Positions 11,600-23,816 of a stretch of DNA of 64,000 nucleotides are shown here, piece by piece. The DNA comes from Anolis carolinensis (Eukaryota): NCBI RefSeq assembly GCF_035594765.1, contig NC_085842.1, forward strand, positions 8,679,256-8,743,255. The letters are read 5' to 3'. The first letter of the stretch is position 1. Each line of letters begins with the position of its first letter. The position numbers were made by a program, and so were the translations under genes. Below the pieces are notes generated by a model. It ran no database searches. It had not been told where the DNA came from and saw only the letters and a program-made list of their open reading frames with translations.

Positions 11600-11770
11600 G
11601 AAGGAACTCTCTGCCCCGGGCCGTGGTGGAGGCTCCTTCTTTGGAGGCTTTTAAGCAGAGGCTGGGTGGCCATCTGTCGGGGGTGCTTTGAATGCGATTT
11701 CCTGCTTCTTAGCAGTGGGTTGGACTGGATGGCCCATGAGGTCTCTTCCAACTCTACTATCATTCTACGA
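11600..11770 (+). mobile_element. CR1 3' fragment
   Basis: [28 protein letters not shown] followed by the CR1 3'UTR. Confidence 0.85.
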
Positions 11771-14249
11771 GTTATTTAAGTTAAAAGGAGGGATCGCCTC
11801 AGTAAATAACCCTAATGGAGCCATGGGGTCAAATTCCATAGGTTGCTTGAGCATTCCTCCTGCAGGTAAACTTAAAGAGTCTCCTGCATTGGGATAAAAG
11901 GTGAAATGAACAGAGGGTGCCTTCCCTCACCTGGCGGCTGGACTTCTCCCAAGGGAGACTGCTTTTCTTGCCCGGCAGAAGGGGTTGGACTAGATGGCCC
12001 ATGGGGTCTCTTCCAACTCTACTCTTCTAGGATTCTTTGATTTGGGTAAAAAGGTAAAAAAAATATGCTATGAACTTCTGATTTGGGTAAGAAGGCAAGG
12101 GCCTTGAGATGTGGGGAGTCCTCCCTCTGGATGACCCCAAAAAGGGGCTGGAGAGGGACCTGCGGAGGATGCTCTGGCTGGTGACGCTGCCTGGAGCAGA
12201 ATGGGGCTGGACTGCAAGGCCCCACGGGATCAATGGTTTTAGGGTGAAAGAACACACATCTCCTCCCCCTCCGTCTGTTTTTCTTGTGTGCTGATGGGCT
12301 AATCATCCTCAGACCATGCAGGAATAAATAACCAAAGCACCCCCAACAGATGGGCATGCCGTCTCTGCTTACAAACCTCCAAAGGAGACTCCTATGGACT
12401 CCCAGAAGGAGCAGACTCCACTACTCAACAGCTTTACCTTCAGGAAATTCTTTCTATTGTGTAGGTGAGGCCTGCACAACTAGTCAGTGTTAGCAAGGGA
12501 TGGAAGAAAAGGAGAAGCAGAGTAAAAACACACACGACACTTCTGCTAGACAGGCAAGTTCATTCAATCCTCTCACGACCTCCTCCAGCTGTGCAAGGGG
12601 ACAGACTGTCTCAAAGGCAAGTAGATTCCAGCCCCCAAAACACTGCAGAGTCCTGGTCAGTTTCACAGCCTCTGGCCTTGTAAAGGAGCTCATCTCTTTG
12701 AATAAACACTCTCGAGTTCTGACTTTCATCCAAAGTTCTTGGAGGTTTTATTCTTGATTTATTTGCTACTCAAACTATTTACAGGTCTTCTCTTAATATA
12801 CAAAGATACTCACAAACACACAAGGATGGCGATGGATTACACATGCCGACAATTAGGGCAAGGCCTCCAACAAATGGCAGAGAGGAAGTCACATGGCAGA
12901 GAAGGAAGGGCACATACAAGCCACCCCCAATCTTCCTTCCGGAGGACAGTAGACGACTCGGGTGTCCCTCTAGGATCATCTTCTCTGTTTCCTTAAACCT
13001 TCAGAGTACTGTGCTGTGAACACACGCCTACTGAGAACTGTATGGTTACACACTGGAAATCTGTGTAATGCACTCCTATCTATTCCATCTTTTTCTACAT
13101 GTCAGTCAGGGGGTCCTATTAACCCAAAAACATTGGGTGGCCTATTCCTCCCTCCCTGCCGAGGGAGAAGCCCTTCCTTCTTTTCTCCAAGCTAAACATA
13201 CCCAGCTCTCTCACCCTTCTCTGGAGATATTCTAACCTGTCAATATCCGTCTTGAATTGTGCAACCGAGAAACAGAGACAGAATTATTCCAGGTGAGGTC
13301 TGACCAAAGCAGAATAAAGGAGGCTGCGACTTCCTTGGATACAGATAGAATCCTCCTACTTGTACAGCCTAGAATCACATTGGCATTTATAGCTGCCACG
13401 CCACACTGTTTTTAAAAAAACAATTCAGATTCAAGGACACGAAAGTAAAACTAAAACATGTTCATACAAATTACAATGTTGGCATTTTTTTTAAAAAAGG
13501 ACTACTTAAGAAACCTAAAAGACTCAATGCCACATACCTACAGAAGAACAAAACTAATAGAAAAATGACTCTACAAAATTCTTGCTGCATGCTGATTTTT
13601 ATCTCCGTTTACTCCCTTTAAATGCTATTCTATGTTTACTCTTTGATTTTTAATTGTATTAAACTAATTCCTAAAACCCACAATAAACAAATGCCCTCTC
13701 ACTGCTATAACTAGTGAATTAGTAGGTCCCAATCTTGCTTGTAGTTAAATATTTCCCTTTCTCAACGGAGAAGATTTGTCTATCTCAACAGATTCAAGAC
13801 TCTTCATCAGCTGATGTCATCATTCGTTGTCTTCCATTTTCTGAACTTGGGGAGAGATGCTGTGTATCCTAATGGACCCTTTGCCAATGGTAATGACTGA
13901 ACAATCTCAATTAGTAACGGGGGATCACTCTAAGCAGTTATTACTACTACTACTATATTTATTTATAGTCTGCTTTATATCTCCCGAAGGAGATCCAAAG
14001 CAGCTTACACTGAAAAGTATACCCACCTAATTTACTGATATTTGCCAAGGCCAAAGTCCAACAGTCAGATGTCAGGAATGCAGTCACCACAGTTCATAAA
14101 ATAACAACCAAGAGTGCAAGAGTACAAACCGAAGTCAGAATTCCAAAGTCAAGCAAGAGAGGCAGAGATGTAGTCCAAGTCTATAAATCAAGCCAAGCAG
14201 TCAGTCCAGAATGTAAAGTCAATGACTCAGTGTACAATGGAGTCCAGAA

Positions 14250-14552
14250 AAAGGGAGCAAGCTTGTTTTCTGCTGCCCTGCAGACTAGGACACAATGGAG
14301 CAATGGCTTCAAGCTACAGGAAAGGAGATTCCACCTGAACATCAGGAAGAACCTCACAGTGAGAAGGGCTGTTCGGCAGTGGAACTCTCTCCCCCGGACA
14401 GTGGTGGAGGCTCCTTCCTTGGAGGCTTTTAAGCAGAGGCTGGATGGCCATCTGTCGGGGGTGCTTTGAGTGCGATTTCCTGCTTCTTGGCAGGGGGTTG
14501 GACTGGATGGCCCAGGAGGTCTCTTCCAACTCTACTATTCTATGATTCTATG
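14250..14552 (+). mobile_element. CR1 3' fragment with ATTCTATG tail
   Basis: [13 protein letters not shown]...DGHLSGVL plus (ATTCTATG)2; shares the extra codon (TVRRAV) with CR1 copy 2. Confidence 0.9.
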
Positions 14553-14921
14553 AAAAGGATTATACGAATAAGGCCAGAGTCCAGAATTCTATTCAAGGGG
14601 CAGCAGAGCAAAGATCCAGGGCAAGATGACATTATTTGCTACAAAATAACTATTTTTTTTCCTTTTCTCGTGAGATCTCAGCTGCTGCTCATTTCAGAAG
14701 GCCTTTACAGATCATCCCCAGAAGCAGTCAAGCCAGAACACACACATTGCTGTACATGGCAGATACAGAGCAAGGTGGAGGCCTTCCTTTTTCTGTCCAT
14801 TGTCTAATTTTTTTCTTCCTGGAACCCTTGGTAGAACTAGGAAACATGCAGGCAGGTCTCCTCTAGCTGTGTGTGTGTTCTTTGATGTCTAATGCATGCT
14901 GAGCCTTGTGTGCAGCTCAGT

Positions 14922-16655
14922 TCACATTCCATGCATTTGTGTGGCTTCTCTTCCTGTGTGGGTTCTTTGATGGGTACGTAGACTTGAACTATGACTGAAG
15001 CTGTTTCCACATTCCATGCATTTCTGTGGCTTCTCTCCTGTGTGGGTCCTTTGATGGGAACGCAGATGTTCATTCTGACTGAAGCACTTTCCACATTCCA
15101 TGCATTTATGTGGCTTCTCCCCTGTGTGGGTCCTTTGATGGGAACGCAGGGTTCCACTCTGACTGAAGCTCTTTCCACATTCCATGCATTTATGTGGCTT
15201 CTCTCCTGTGTGGGTCCTTTGATGAATACGCAGACTTGTACTGTGAATGAAGCTCTTTCCACATTCCAAGCAGTTGTGTGGCTTCTCTCCTGTGTGGGTC
15301 CTTTGATGGATATGCAGATGTTGTCTCCTACTGAAGCTCTTTCCGCATTCCATGCATTTATGTGGCTTCTCTCCTGTATGGATCCTTTGATGGATACGAA
15401 AACTTGTACTGTGACTGAAACTCTTTCCACATTCCATGCACTTATGTGGCTTCTCTCCTGTGTGGGTCCTTTGATGGATACGCAGATGTCCACTCTGAAT
15501 GAAGCTCTTTCCACATTGCATGCATTTATGTGGCTTCTCCCCTGTGTGGGTCCTTTGATGGGAATGCAGATGTCCACTCTGACTGAATCTCTTTCCACAT
15601 TCCATGCATTTATGTGGTTTCTCCCCTGTGTGGATCCTTTGATGGGTATGCAGCTGTCCACTCTGACTGAAGCTCTTTCCACATTCCATGCATGTATGTG
15701 GCTTCTCTCCTGTGTGGGTCCTTTGATGGTTACGCAGACCCGCACTGTGACTAAAGTTCTTTCCACATTCTATACATTTATGTGGCTTCTCCCTTGTATG
15801 GATCCTTTGATGTGAATGCAGACTCGCACTCTGACTGAAGCCCTTTCCACATTCTATGCATTTATGTGGCTTCTCCCCTGTGTGGGTCCTTTGATGGGAA
15901 CGCAGGGTTCCACTCTGACTGAAGCTCTTTCCACATTCCATGCATTTATGTGGCTTCTCCCCGGTATGGATCCTTTGATGGGTATGCAGCTGTCCACTGT
16001 GACTAAAGCTCTTTCCACATTCCTTGCATGTATGTGGCTTCTCTCCTGTGTGGGTCCTTTGATGGGAACGCAGACTCCTACAGTGACTGAAGTTCTTTCC
16101 ACATTCCATGCATTTATGTGGCTTTTCCCCTGTATGGATCCTTTGATGGGAATGCAGACTCGCACTCTGACTGAAGCCCTTTCCACATTCTATGCATTTA
16201 TGTGGCTTCTCCCCTGTGTGGGTCTTTTGATGGGAACGCAAATTTCCACTCTGACTGAAGTTCTTTCCACATTCCATACATTTATGTGGCTTCTCTCCTG
16301 TGTGGGTCCTTTGATGGGTATGGAGATCTCCACTTTGACTGAAGCTCTTTCCACATTCAATGCATTTATGTGGCTTCTCCCCTGTGTGCGTCCTTTGATG
16401 GGTACGCAGATGTGAACTCTGACTGAAGCTCTTTGCACATTCCATGCATTTATGTGGCTTCTCCCCTGTGTGCGTCCTTTGATGGGTACGCAGATTCGAT
16501 CTGTTACGGAAGCTCTTTCCACATTCCACGCATGTATGTGACTTCTCTCCTGTGTGAGTTTGTTGATGTTGAGTGAGAGAACTCTTCCCGCAGTCCATAC
16601 AATCGTGTCGCTTCTCCCCTGTGTGTGATCTTGACAAAGAGTTGAGGCTTTCCAT
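14922..16655 (-). CDS. C2H2 zinc-finger gene B1, 577 aa from ATG 16655: 1 deleted plus 19 intact fingers, no effector domain seen
   Basis: Continuous HTGEKP-linked array; ATG in AAAAGAATGG context; the exon starts at 16940 after acceptor TTCTTCTGGCAG. Confidence 0.88.
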   Translation of the reverse strand: MESLNSLSRSHTGEKRHDCMDCGKSSLTQHQQTHTGEKSHTCVECGKSFRNRSNLRTHQRTHTGEKPHKCMECAKSFSQSSHLRTHQRTHTGEKPHKCIECGKSFSQSGDLHTHQRTHTGEKPHKCMECGKNFSQSGNLRSHQKTHTGEKPHKCIECGKGFSQSASLHSHQRIHTGEKPHKCMECGKNFSHCRSLRSHQRTHTGEKPHTCKECGKSFSHSGQLHTHQRIHTGEKPHKCMECGKSFSQSGTLRSHQRTHTGEKPHKCIECGKGFSQSASLHSHQRIHTREKPHKCIECGKNFSHSAGLRNHQRTHTGEKPHTCMECGKSFSQSGQLHTHQRIHTGEKPHKCMECGKRFSQSGHLHSHQRTHTGEKPHKCMQCGKSFIQSGHLRIHQRTHTGEKPHKCMECGKSFSHSTSFRIHQRIHTGEKPHKCMECGKSFSRRQHLHIHQRTHTGEKPHNCLECGKSFIHSTSLRIHQRTHTGEKPHKCMECGKSFSQSGTLRSHQRTHTGEKPHKCMECGKCFSQNEHLRSHQRTHTGEKPQKCMECGNSFSHSSSLRTHQRTHTGREATQMHGM

Positions 16656-17658
16656 TCTTTTACAATTATGATTCAAATATTATCCCAGTTCACAGATATG
16701 TTCTCTTGAACAGCACAAGATTTCCTCTTCTTAGTCTTTGTATTGTTGTAGTCTTCTTTCCTCTTTACCAAGCCCCTCTTTTTACAGCACAATCCTCTCT
16801 TTCCTCCTTGAATACACAGGCATGTAGCTTGAAATATAATTTCTCCAGTTTATTTCCAGTTTTTTTCAGTGCTGTGTACTTTCATTTCAGACCCAAGGCA
16901 AAGGGCAGAGTGTTCTTCCCAAGGTTCATTCAGAGGATACCTGCCAGAAGAATGAGAAGACAATCTCATTGGGGCAGAGAAAAGAAAGATCTCACTGGAC
17001 ATGAAGAACAATAGCCTAGTGCTGTAGCAAATGCAGGGGAAGAAGGGGGAAGGATTGCTCCAACTCAGAAAAGCCAATTGCCCAACAAAGGAAAATCCCT
17101 GCTCAGATATAAAGGGGATGGTGGCCCAGGATTCTGTTAATGAGATTGTTTGCTCTGCAATGTGTTAAGAGTGTAATCCTATCACGAAAGTTGAGATAAA
17201 TCACCGTTCTTATCTCAGCTGCTTCTAACGTGCAAGGCACTTCTTGAAGGCATGAAGTTGAATGAACACCAGACTTCACTAATTCAGCCTTCATCAAAAA
17301 GCAGTACTTTGACTTTATTTACAAAATATAGAGCACAGTCTCTAGTCATGTCTGATCACATCTTAACATGCTGGACAAAGCAGACTGACCTTCTTTACTG
17401 GTCAGTACAAGAAATTCCAAAAGTAAGACTCTACCCATTCTGCACATCTCTTATTGTTTTAATCCTTGCATTACTGAAACCATATTGTTTAAACTATAAG
17501 CAATTTTCAGATCACGTAACATTACATACTGACAAATCCAACCTTTGTAAGGGAAGACCTCTAACAATATGGCCAGCACATAATAGGGCTAAGGTTGCAA
17601 AGCATTTCCTGTCTGGATCCCACTTCCTCACACCCCAACTCAGAAGTTGAGTTACCAC

Positions 17659-17731
17659 CTGTATGGAAAGACAATCCCAAGTGATCTGTCTTGGGAGAAA
17701 AGTTCTTCATTGTCTTGTGGATTTTGTCCAG
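17659..17731 (-). other. Candidate small upstream exon of B1 (73 nt)
   Basis: Acceptor TCTTTTTCCTTAG, donor ACAG|GTGGTA; homologous sequence in B2 at ~55636-55698. Confidence 0.45.
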
Positions 17732-18149
17732 CTAAGGAAAAAGATATTTTCAAAAGCAAGGAATCTGGAGACTTTGAAGGCACATTAGGCTGCAGAAGTA
17801 CACTCAGCCTAGAAGCTGTACATGAGAGAAGGGGTGTAGAGGAGGCGGATGGATGGACCCCCAGGGCGAGTGGGAACCCGGCTGCTCTCCAGATGTTTCT
17901 GTACTCCAACTCCCACCAACCCTTCCTTCAGAGAAAGACAAGGGTTATAGTGGGTTGCAGTCCAGCAACACCTGGGGTGGGAGACACAATTCCTGCCCAG
18001 TTCAGCCCATTTTAGAAAGGACATCGACAAACTGCAGCAGATTCAGAGAAAGGCAACAAGGACGAGGAAACATTAAAATTGTAAAGGGAGGTCATTTTGG
18101 TTTTGTAAAAAGTCTGCATTTGCTATGGAGACAATGTTGTGGCCCAAAC

Positions 18150-18530
18150 TAAAGATGATGTTTATGCTATGGCTGAAGGGGTAGGAGGGAAGCCACCAAG
18201 TTCACTGCATCCACTACAGGCCCCTCTTTGGCCCCGGAAGCCCATTTGCAGGGGTTTTATTGAGGATCAGCTGCCAGTTGAGCTGAGACTGTCATCTGGG
18301 TAGTACTAGGGTTGTTTCCTAAGCAGTGCATTGTATAGCTTGTGCCACCAGATAAATGGTCCCCTAATTAACCAGAGGGTTTATTGATCACATTCACAAG
18401 TACCATGGCTTTCTCCTTACAATAATTGCTGATTGTGGGGCCCAATTTGCCTCCTAGTTTTGGAGAGGGCTCTTGAGTCTACTGGGAGGACAGCCAGCTC
18501 CGAGTCCTGCTTGTTGCCCTCAAACATATT
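18150..18530 (+). mobile_element. Degenerate Gypsy-type integrase fragment (paralogous piece at ~63485-63680)
   Basis: Decayed GKPP..LHPL and HKYHGF..IIADCGAQFAS*FWRGL, similar to the integrase core LHG.P..IVSDRG.QF.S.FW. Confidence 0.55.
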
Positions 18531-19049
18531 GGCTATATGCACAGATGTCTATTATATAAAGTAAGTTATGTTATAGTTCTATATTTCTATAGTGATATAG
18601 TCACTTATATATTATGACTGACCGTAACTCCATTCCTGTGGCTTACACAATGAATAATGGTAGACTTATGTATAGTATCAATATCAATATAACAAACCAC
18701 GTATAATCCAATGTCCAATTTCAACAAATATAATTATTGGTACATAAAGTAATCTTATTAAAGTCTTGATAACATTCTCAAGGTTTGTAACACTCTTCTT
18801 CAAAATCAGTCATTCAAAGTAAATCAAAGTTCCATGTCAATGGAAACAAAGAAGGATAACTCCCTGGTTAAAGGAGTATATTGGTGGATTGCAGAGTTTA
18901 TACAGTATATGGATCCCGGAGATAATGTGGTCAATCAAATCGGGTTGATACCAAATCTGGTTGATACGACTGGTCTCCCGGGTATGCATCCAGTTTCGGT
19001 GACCTTCTTCAGATAATCCCGGAGTTCCCTCTGTTTGCTTTAGATAGTA

Positions 19050-19372
19050 CAGTAGAGTCTCACTTATCCAACATTCGCTTATCCAACGTTCTGGATTATC
19101 CAACACATTTTTGTAGTCAATGTTTTCAATACATCATGATATTTAGGTGCTTAATTCGTAAATACAGTAATTACTACATAGCATTACTGCGTATTGAACT
19201 ACATTTTCTGTCAAATTTGTTGTATAACATGAAGTTTTGGTGCTTAATTTGTAAAATCATAACCTAATTTGATGTTTAATAGGCTTTTCCTTAAGCCCTC
19301 CTTATTATCCGACATATTTACTTATCCAACATTCTGCTGGCCCGTTTATGTTGGATAAGTGAGACTCTATTG
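19050..19372. mobile_element. Complete Tc1/mariner (pogo/Tigger-like) MITE, 323 bp
   Basis: TIRs CAGTAGAGTCTCACTTATCCAAC / GTTGGATAAGTGAGACTCTATTG, flanked by TA on both sides. Confidence 0.9.
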
Positions 19373-19516
19373 TATATCTTGATGCTCTGCTGTCTTATTT
19401 CTTCTTATAAAAATAAATATAAAAGAACTATCTAGTACTCTAAGTTCAGTCAAAATAATACAAACCATACTGAAAATAGACATGTATAATACACCCCAAT
19501 AATATCTTATATAGTA

Positions 19517-20033
19517 CTAGCTGTGCCCGGCCACGCGTTGCTGTGGCGTTGTCTGGTGGTGTTGGTGAGAAATTGTCGAGGTAGTGGTGGTATTGAATGT
19601 CTGTTGTTTGGTTGTCTTTATGTTTAGTATGCACACTGAAGTGGATTATATGGCAGTGTGGAGTCAAGATAATCCAGTTCAAAGCAGATAAGATTATAAA
19701 TGGGTTATATAGCTGTGTGGACTGCCATATAATCCAGTTAAAATCTGATAATCTGTGGAAGAGGCCTAAGTGAGGCCTAACTGTGCCTGTCCCCTGGGCT
19801 GAGTAGGTTGCTAGGAGACCAAGTGGGCGGAGCTTAGCCTTCAAACTGGCAGCAATTGGATAAAAACTATTATTCCTCTCCCTGTAATTAAGACTTTATT
19901 TTTCTTTTCTTTTTGTTGTATCAACCTAGAGCCGTGAATGATGGGTTGTGTTGTCAAATTTCGAGGTTGGGGGGCCTGTAGTTTTGTTGTTTTGTCCGCT
20001 GCCCTGATGCCATCACTCTTTTATATATATAGA
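19517..20033 (-). mobile_element. Non-autonomous Helitron, 517 bp
   Basis: Minus strand A|TCTATATATATAAAAGAGTGATGGCATC ... GCCACAGCAACGCGTGGC hairpin, CGGGCACAG, CTAG|T; no target-site duplication (TSD). Confidence 0.88.
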
Positions 20034-20189
20034 TAGATACAAGATTCACAACAAATGAAACTTACATGTCTGTGGAGGATCCTTACATGTAGTATTCTAC
20101 CTCAGGTTGCGAGCATTCAGTAGTAGTTCTGTAAAGACTTAAGTATTTCTAATCCCATTATAAGAAGCAGGTGAAATCTAGCCTATCGT

Positions 20190-20256
20190 TCAGGCCTGGC
20201 TTCCCCAGGCAAGGAGTTCCAGAGCTGAGGGGCATTTGCCACCGAGAAGGAAGGAA

Positions 20257-20290
<34 letters not shown>

Positions 20291-21350
20291 CCCACCAATT
20301 AAGCTTGTGATGGAGGAGGGACTGAGAGAAGGAAGGGCCTCTCCTGAGGGAATCCCAGGGCCCGGGCAGGTTCATACAAGGGGATGCGGTCAGACAAACA
20401 GCCTGGGCCTGAACCATCCAGGGCTTGAAAGCAACAGACTGGCAGCCAGTGGAGGGGGGATGTCTGGTCCCTGCAGCCAGCCCGTTAGCAACCTGGCTTC
20501 ACCTTTTTGGACCAACCGAAGCTTCCAAGCATTCTTCAGAGGCAGCATGTAGAGCGTGTTACAGTCATTCAGGAGGGATGTAACTATGGCGTGGACCACC
20601 ATGGCTAGATCTGGCTTCTCAACGAATGGGCGCAGTTGGCGTGTAAGCATTAATTGAGCAAAGGTCCTCCTGGCCACTGCTGACACCTGGGCCTCCAGGT
20701 TCAAGTCAAGCGGCAGGACAGAAACATCTGGCTATTCCAAAGGGATCCCTGCCTCTTCAATTGGAAACTTCAATTGGTCCAGCGATCGGCAGCCAGACTA
20801 CTAACCGGAGCGAATTACAGGGAGTGGTCAACCCCCTTTAAGGAGCTCCATTGGCTGCCGTTCCTTTTCCGGTCCCAATTCAAGGTGCAGGTCATCACCT
20901 ACAAAGCCCTGAACGCTTTGGGCCCCGCCTTCCTTCGTGACCACACTTCCCCCTATGAACCTACGCGATCTCTTCCATCTTTGGGGAGGACCTTCTCTCG
21001 CTTCTGCCTCCACCACAAGCGCGGCTGGTGGGGACGAGGGAGAGGCCTTCTCCGTGGTGGCCCCTTGGCTCTGGAACTCGCTTCCCAGGGAGATTAGGCA
21101 AGCTCACACCCTGTATGCCTTTAGGAAAATTTTAAAAACTTGGCTTTTCCAGTGTTTTGGGGTTGAATGAATAATTAATCCTCTTATCAATGTTCCTTCC
21201 TTGTTGATTTTATTTTTGAATGAGACTACTGTCTTCCTGATTACCCTATATTTTATCTTGAGCCTTACGTTGAAACTGTATAATTTTTGTCTCTCTATAT
21301 ATTGCACTATGCTCTGACTCATTGTTCTGATATGCTGTTTTATACTGTTT
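20190..21350. mobile_element. Two L2 LINE fragments (~20390-20704 minus; ~20760-21350 plus)
   Basis: LEAQVSAVARRTFAQL..LRPF and VQRSAARLLTGA..FKELHWLP match the L2 C-terminus at 40177-40845. Confidence 0.8.
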
Positions 21351-21361
21351 TATAATAATAA

Positions 21362-21547
21362 CTAGCTGTGCCCGGCCACGCGTTGCTGTGGCTTTTTTTT
21401 AGTGATGTTGGTCAATCTACATTGGGTTTTATTTTTGTTGTGACCATCAACAAAAATTATACAGTATTATTTATTCATTTATTACATTAAAGACATATGA
21501 TAGGATATTACGCTATAACATATACGACTATTTCACAATATTAGTAG

Positions 21548-21595
<48 letters not shown>

Positions 21596-23816
21596 TTGTT
21601 TTGTTATTAGTATTATATTGTAGTGTATTATAATATTATTAGTAGTATTATATGTATATACAATGTATTGTATTATATATGTATTGTATTATTATATATA
21701 TTAATATATTGCAAATTGGCCCCAGAGTACGGAATGGCCTTGTAGTTTCAAAGCTTGGGTGGTTCCGTGTGTTAGAGGGGGGGGAATGCTTTGTTGGGAG
21801 GTGCTAGGTGGTCCTGATTGTTTCCTGGATGGAATTTGTGTGTTTTCAGACTGTTGTTGTTTATTTACTGTGCTGAGATGAGAGAGTGATGAGTACGGAA
21901 TGGCCTTGTAGGTTCAAAGTGTGGGTGGTTTCCTGTGTGAAGGGGGGAATCCTTTGGTGGGAGGTGTTAGATGGCCCTGATTGTTTCCTGGATGGAATAG
22001 CTGTGTTTTTAGAGTGTTGATCTTTATTTACTGTCCTGAGATGATATTGTTGTGTATTATTGTACCACAGTAATTATTTCATATTACAGTAGAATCTCAC
22101 CCAACATTCGTTTATGCAATGTTCTGGATTATGCAATGGAGTCTGCCTTTTAATAGTCAATGTTTTTGGAGTGAGTGTTTTTAATGTATTGTGATATTTT
22201 GGTGGTAAATTTGCAAATACAGTAATTACTACATAGCATTACTGCGCATGGAACTACTTTTTGTGTCAAATTTGTTGTATAACATGATGTTTTGGTGTTT
22301 AATTTGTATAATGATGACCTAATTCGATGTGTAATTGGTTTTCCTGAATCCCTTCTTATTATCCAACATATTTATTTATGCAACGTTCTGCCGGCTTGTT
22401 TATGTTGGATAAGTGAGATTCTAGTGTATATTTATAATGTGATATTATTTGTTTAGAAGTGGATTATATGAGGCGCCTTCTGTTATAACAATAATAATTA
22501 TTATAGTCTTGAATGATTATCATTGTGATAAAAATAATAACTACTTATTATTAGTTGTTATTATATTGTTGAATGATTATCAATGTTATAATAATAATTA
22601 TTAATTTGTGAATGATTATTACTATAATAATAATAATAATTTTCTATTATTACGATTTGTTAATACATTGTTGAATGATTGTCAGTGTTATAATAATAAG
22701 AACTGACTATTATTATGAATTATTATGTTCTCGAATGATTATCAGTATTATACTAATAATAAATTAGTATTATTATTGGTGATTATGACATTCTTAACTG
22801 ATGATCAGTTATTATATTAATAATTATTACAGGGAAGGGAAAGGTGAGGGCGATAGGGTTTGAGAGGGGAAAAAGGGGGGCTTCTGAGGCATTGGAGGGG
22901 TTGTCATTTGTGGGTGAGAACAACAACAACAATAACAACAACAGAAAAGGGGGAAGCTCAGCCTGGGCCAACTGGGGCCTTCCCTTGACTTGTTTTGGGC
23001 GCCAACTTCCACCCTTCCTGGCCTGAGGCTCTTTCCTTTTCCCCATCAGCCGTTTAACCGGGTGAGGGGGAAAAGGAAGGGCCCTGAGGCCGGGAAGGGC
23101 GGGGGGGGGTTGGCGCCCCAAACCACTCGAGGGGAGGTCCAGGCCTGCTCGAGGGCCGTGCCCTCCTCTTCCCCCCTCACCTTGAAGAGCTTGAAGACCT
23201 CCGAGAAGAACCGAGAAGGGAGGAGGAGGAGGAGAGAGGGTGAGGCGGGGGGGGGAGGCTCCGCGGGGCCTTCCTCGCATTGGGGGGAGGGGAGAGGGAC
23301 GGGAGGAGGGGGCCTGAACGGCAACCGGGGCCCTCCATGGGCCCTGAGGGGGGAGGACATTGAGGGGGAGAGGGCAGAGAGCGACGTGAGGCCCGCACGC
23401 CTCCCAGCGCGGCCTCCTCCATCCCGCGCCCAGCAAGGAATCGGCCTCCCTGCCTTCCTTCCTTCAGCTCTGAGGCGAGGTGTGTGTGTGCGCGCGCGGG
23501 AAGGGATGGGGGGGTGCGCGCAGGCGCACATCGCCTGTTGCAGTTTTTGGCCGTTTGTGGCCCTGTGATTGTGTTTGTCCTATAAATCTTACTGGAGCCG
23601 CGCGAGCGCCATAAAGGGTTGAAGCATGGTGTTTTTGCGCATGCGTACTTAGTTTTGGCATTTTTTGGTGTTGTGATAGTGTTTTATGTGTAAATTTGTT
23701 GTATCTTACTGGAGGCGGGGATGATGGATTGCGTTGCCAATTTTCGAGTTTGGGGGGGCTGTAGATTTGTTGTTTTGTCCATCGCCGTGATGCCATCACT
23801 CTTTTATATATATAGA
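21362..23816 (-). mobile_element. Non-autonomous Helitron, 2455 bp, with captured cargo
   Basis: Same 5' TC end and 3' hairpin+CTAG as 19517-20033; inserted at A|T inside the (TAA)n tail of the L2-like fragment that resumes at 23817. Confidence 0.88.
22830..23650 (-). promoter_or_regulatory. CpG-island-like promoter/first-exon cargo inside the Helitron
   Basis: GC/CpG-rich; NRF1-like TGCGCATGCG (23636-23645) and GCGCAGGCGCA (23518-23528); minus-strand donor AAG|GTGAGG at 23180. Confidence 0.55.

Noticed and set aside
14991-16415. Long antisense and alternate-frame ORFs over the finger arrays (also 50300-52264)
   Set aside because: Expected shadow ORFs of repetitive C2H2 codons (…[11 protein letters not shown]…); no independent evidence of coding.
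17135-17567. TGTTA...TAACA-bounded segment as a solo LTR
   Set aside because: No target-site duplication, and only partial support from the B2 paralog.
18700-19020. Possible Penelope-like terminal repeat
   Set aside because: Only a short motif resemblance; no ORF or boundaries to support it.
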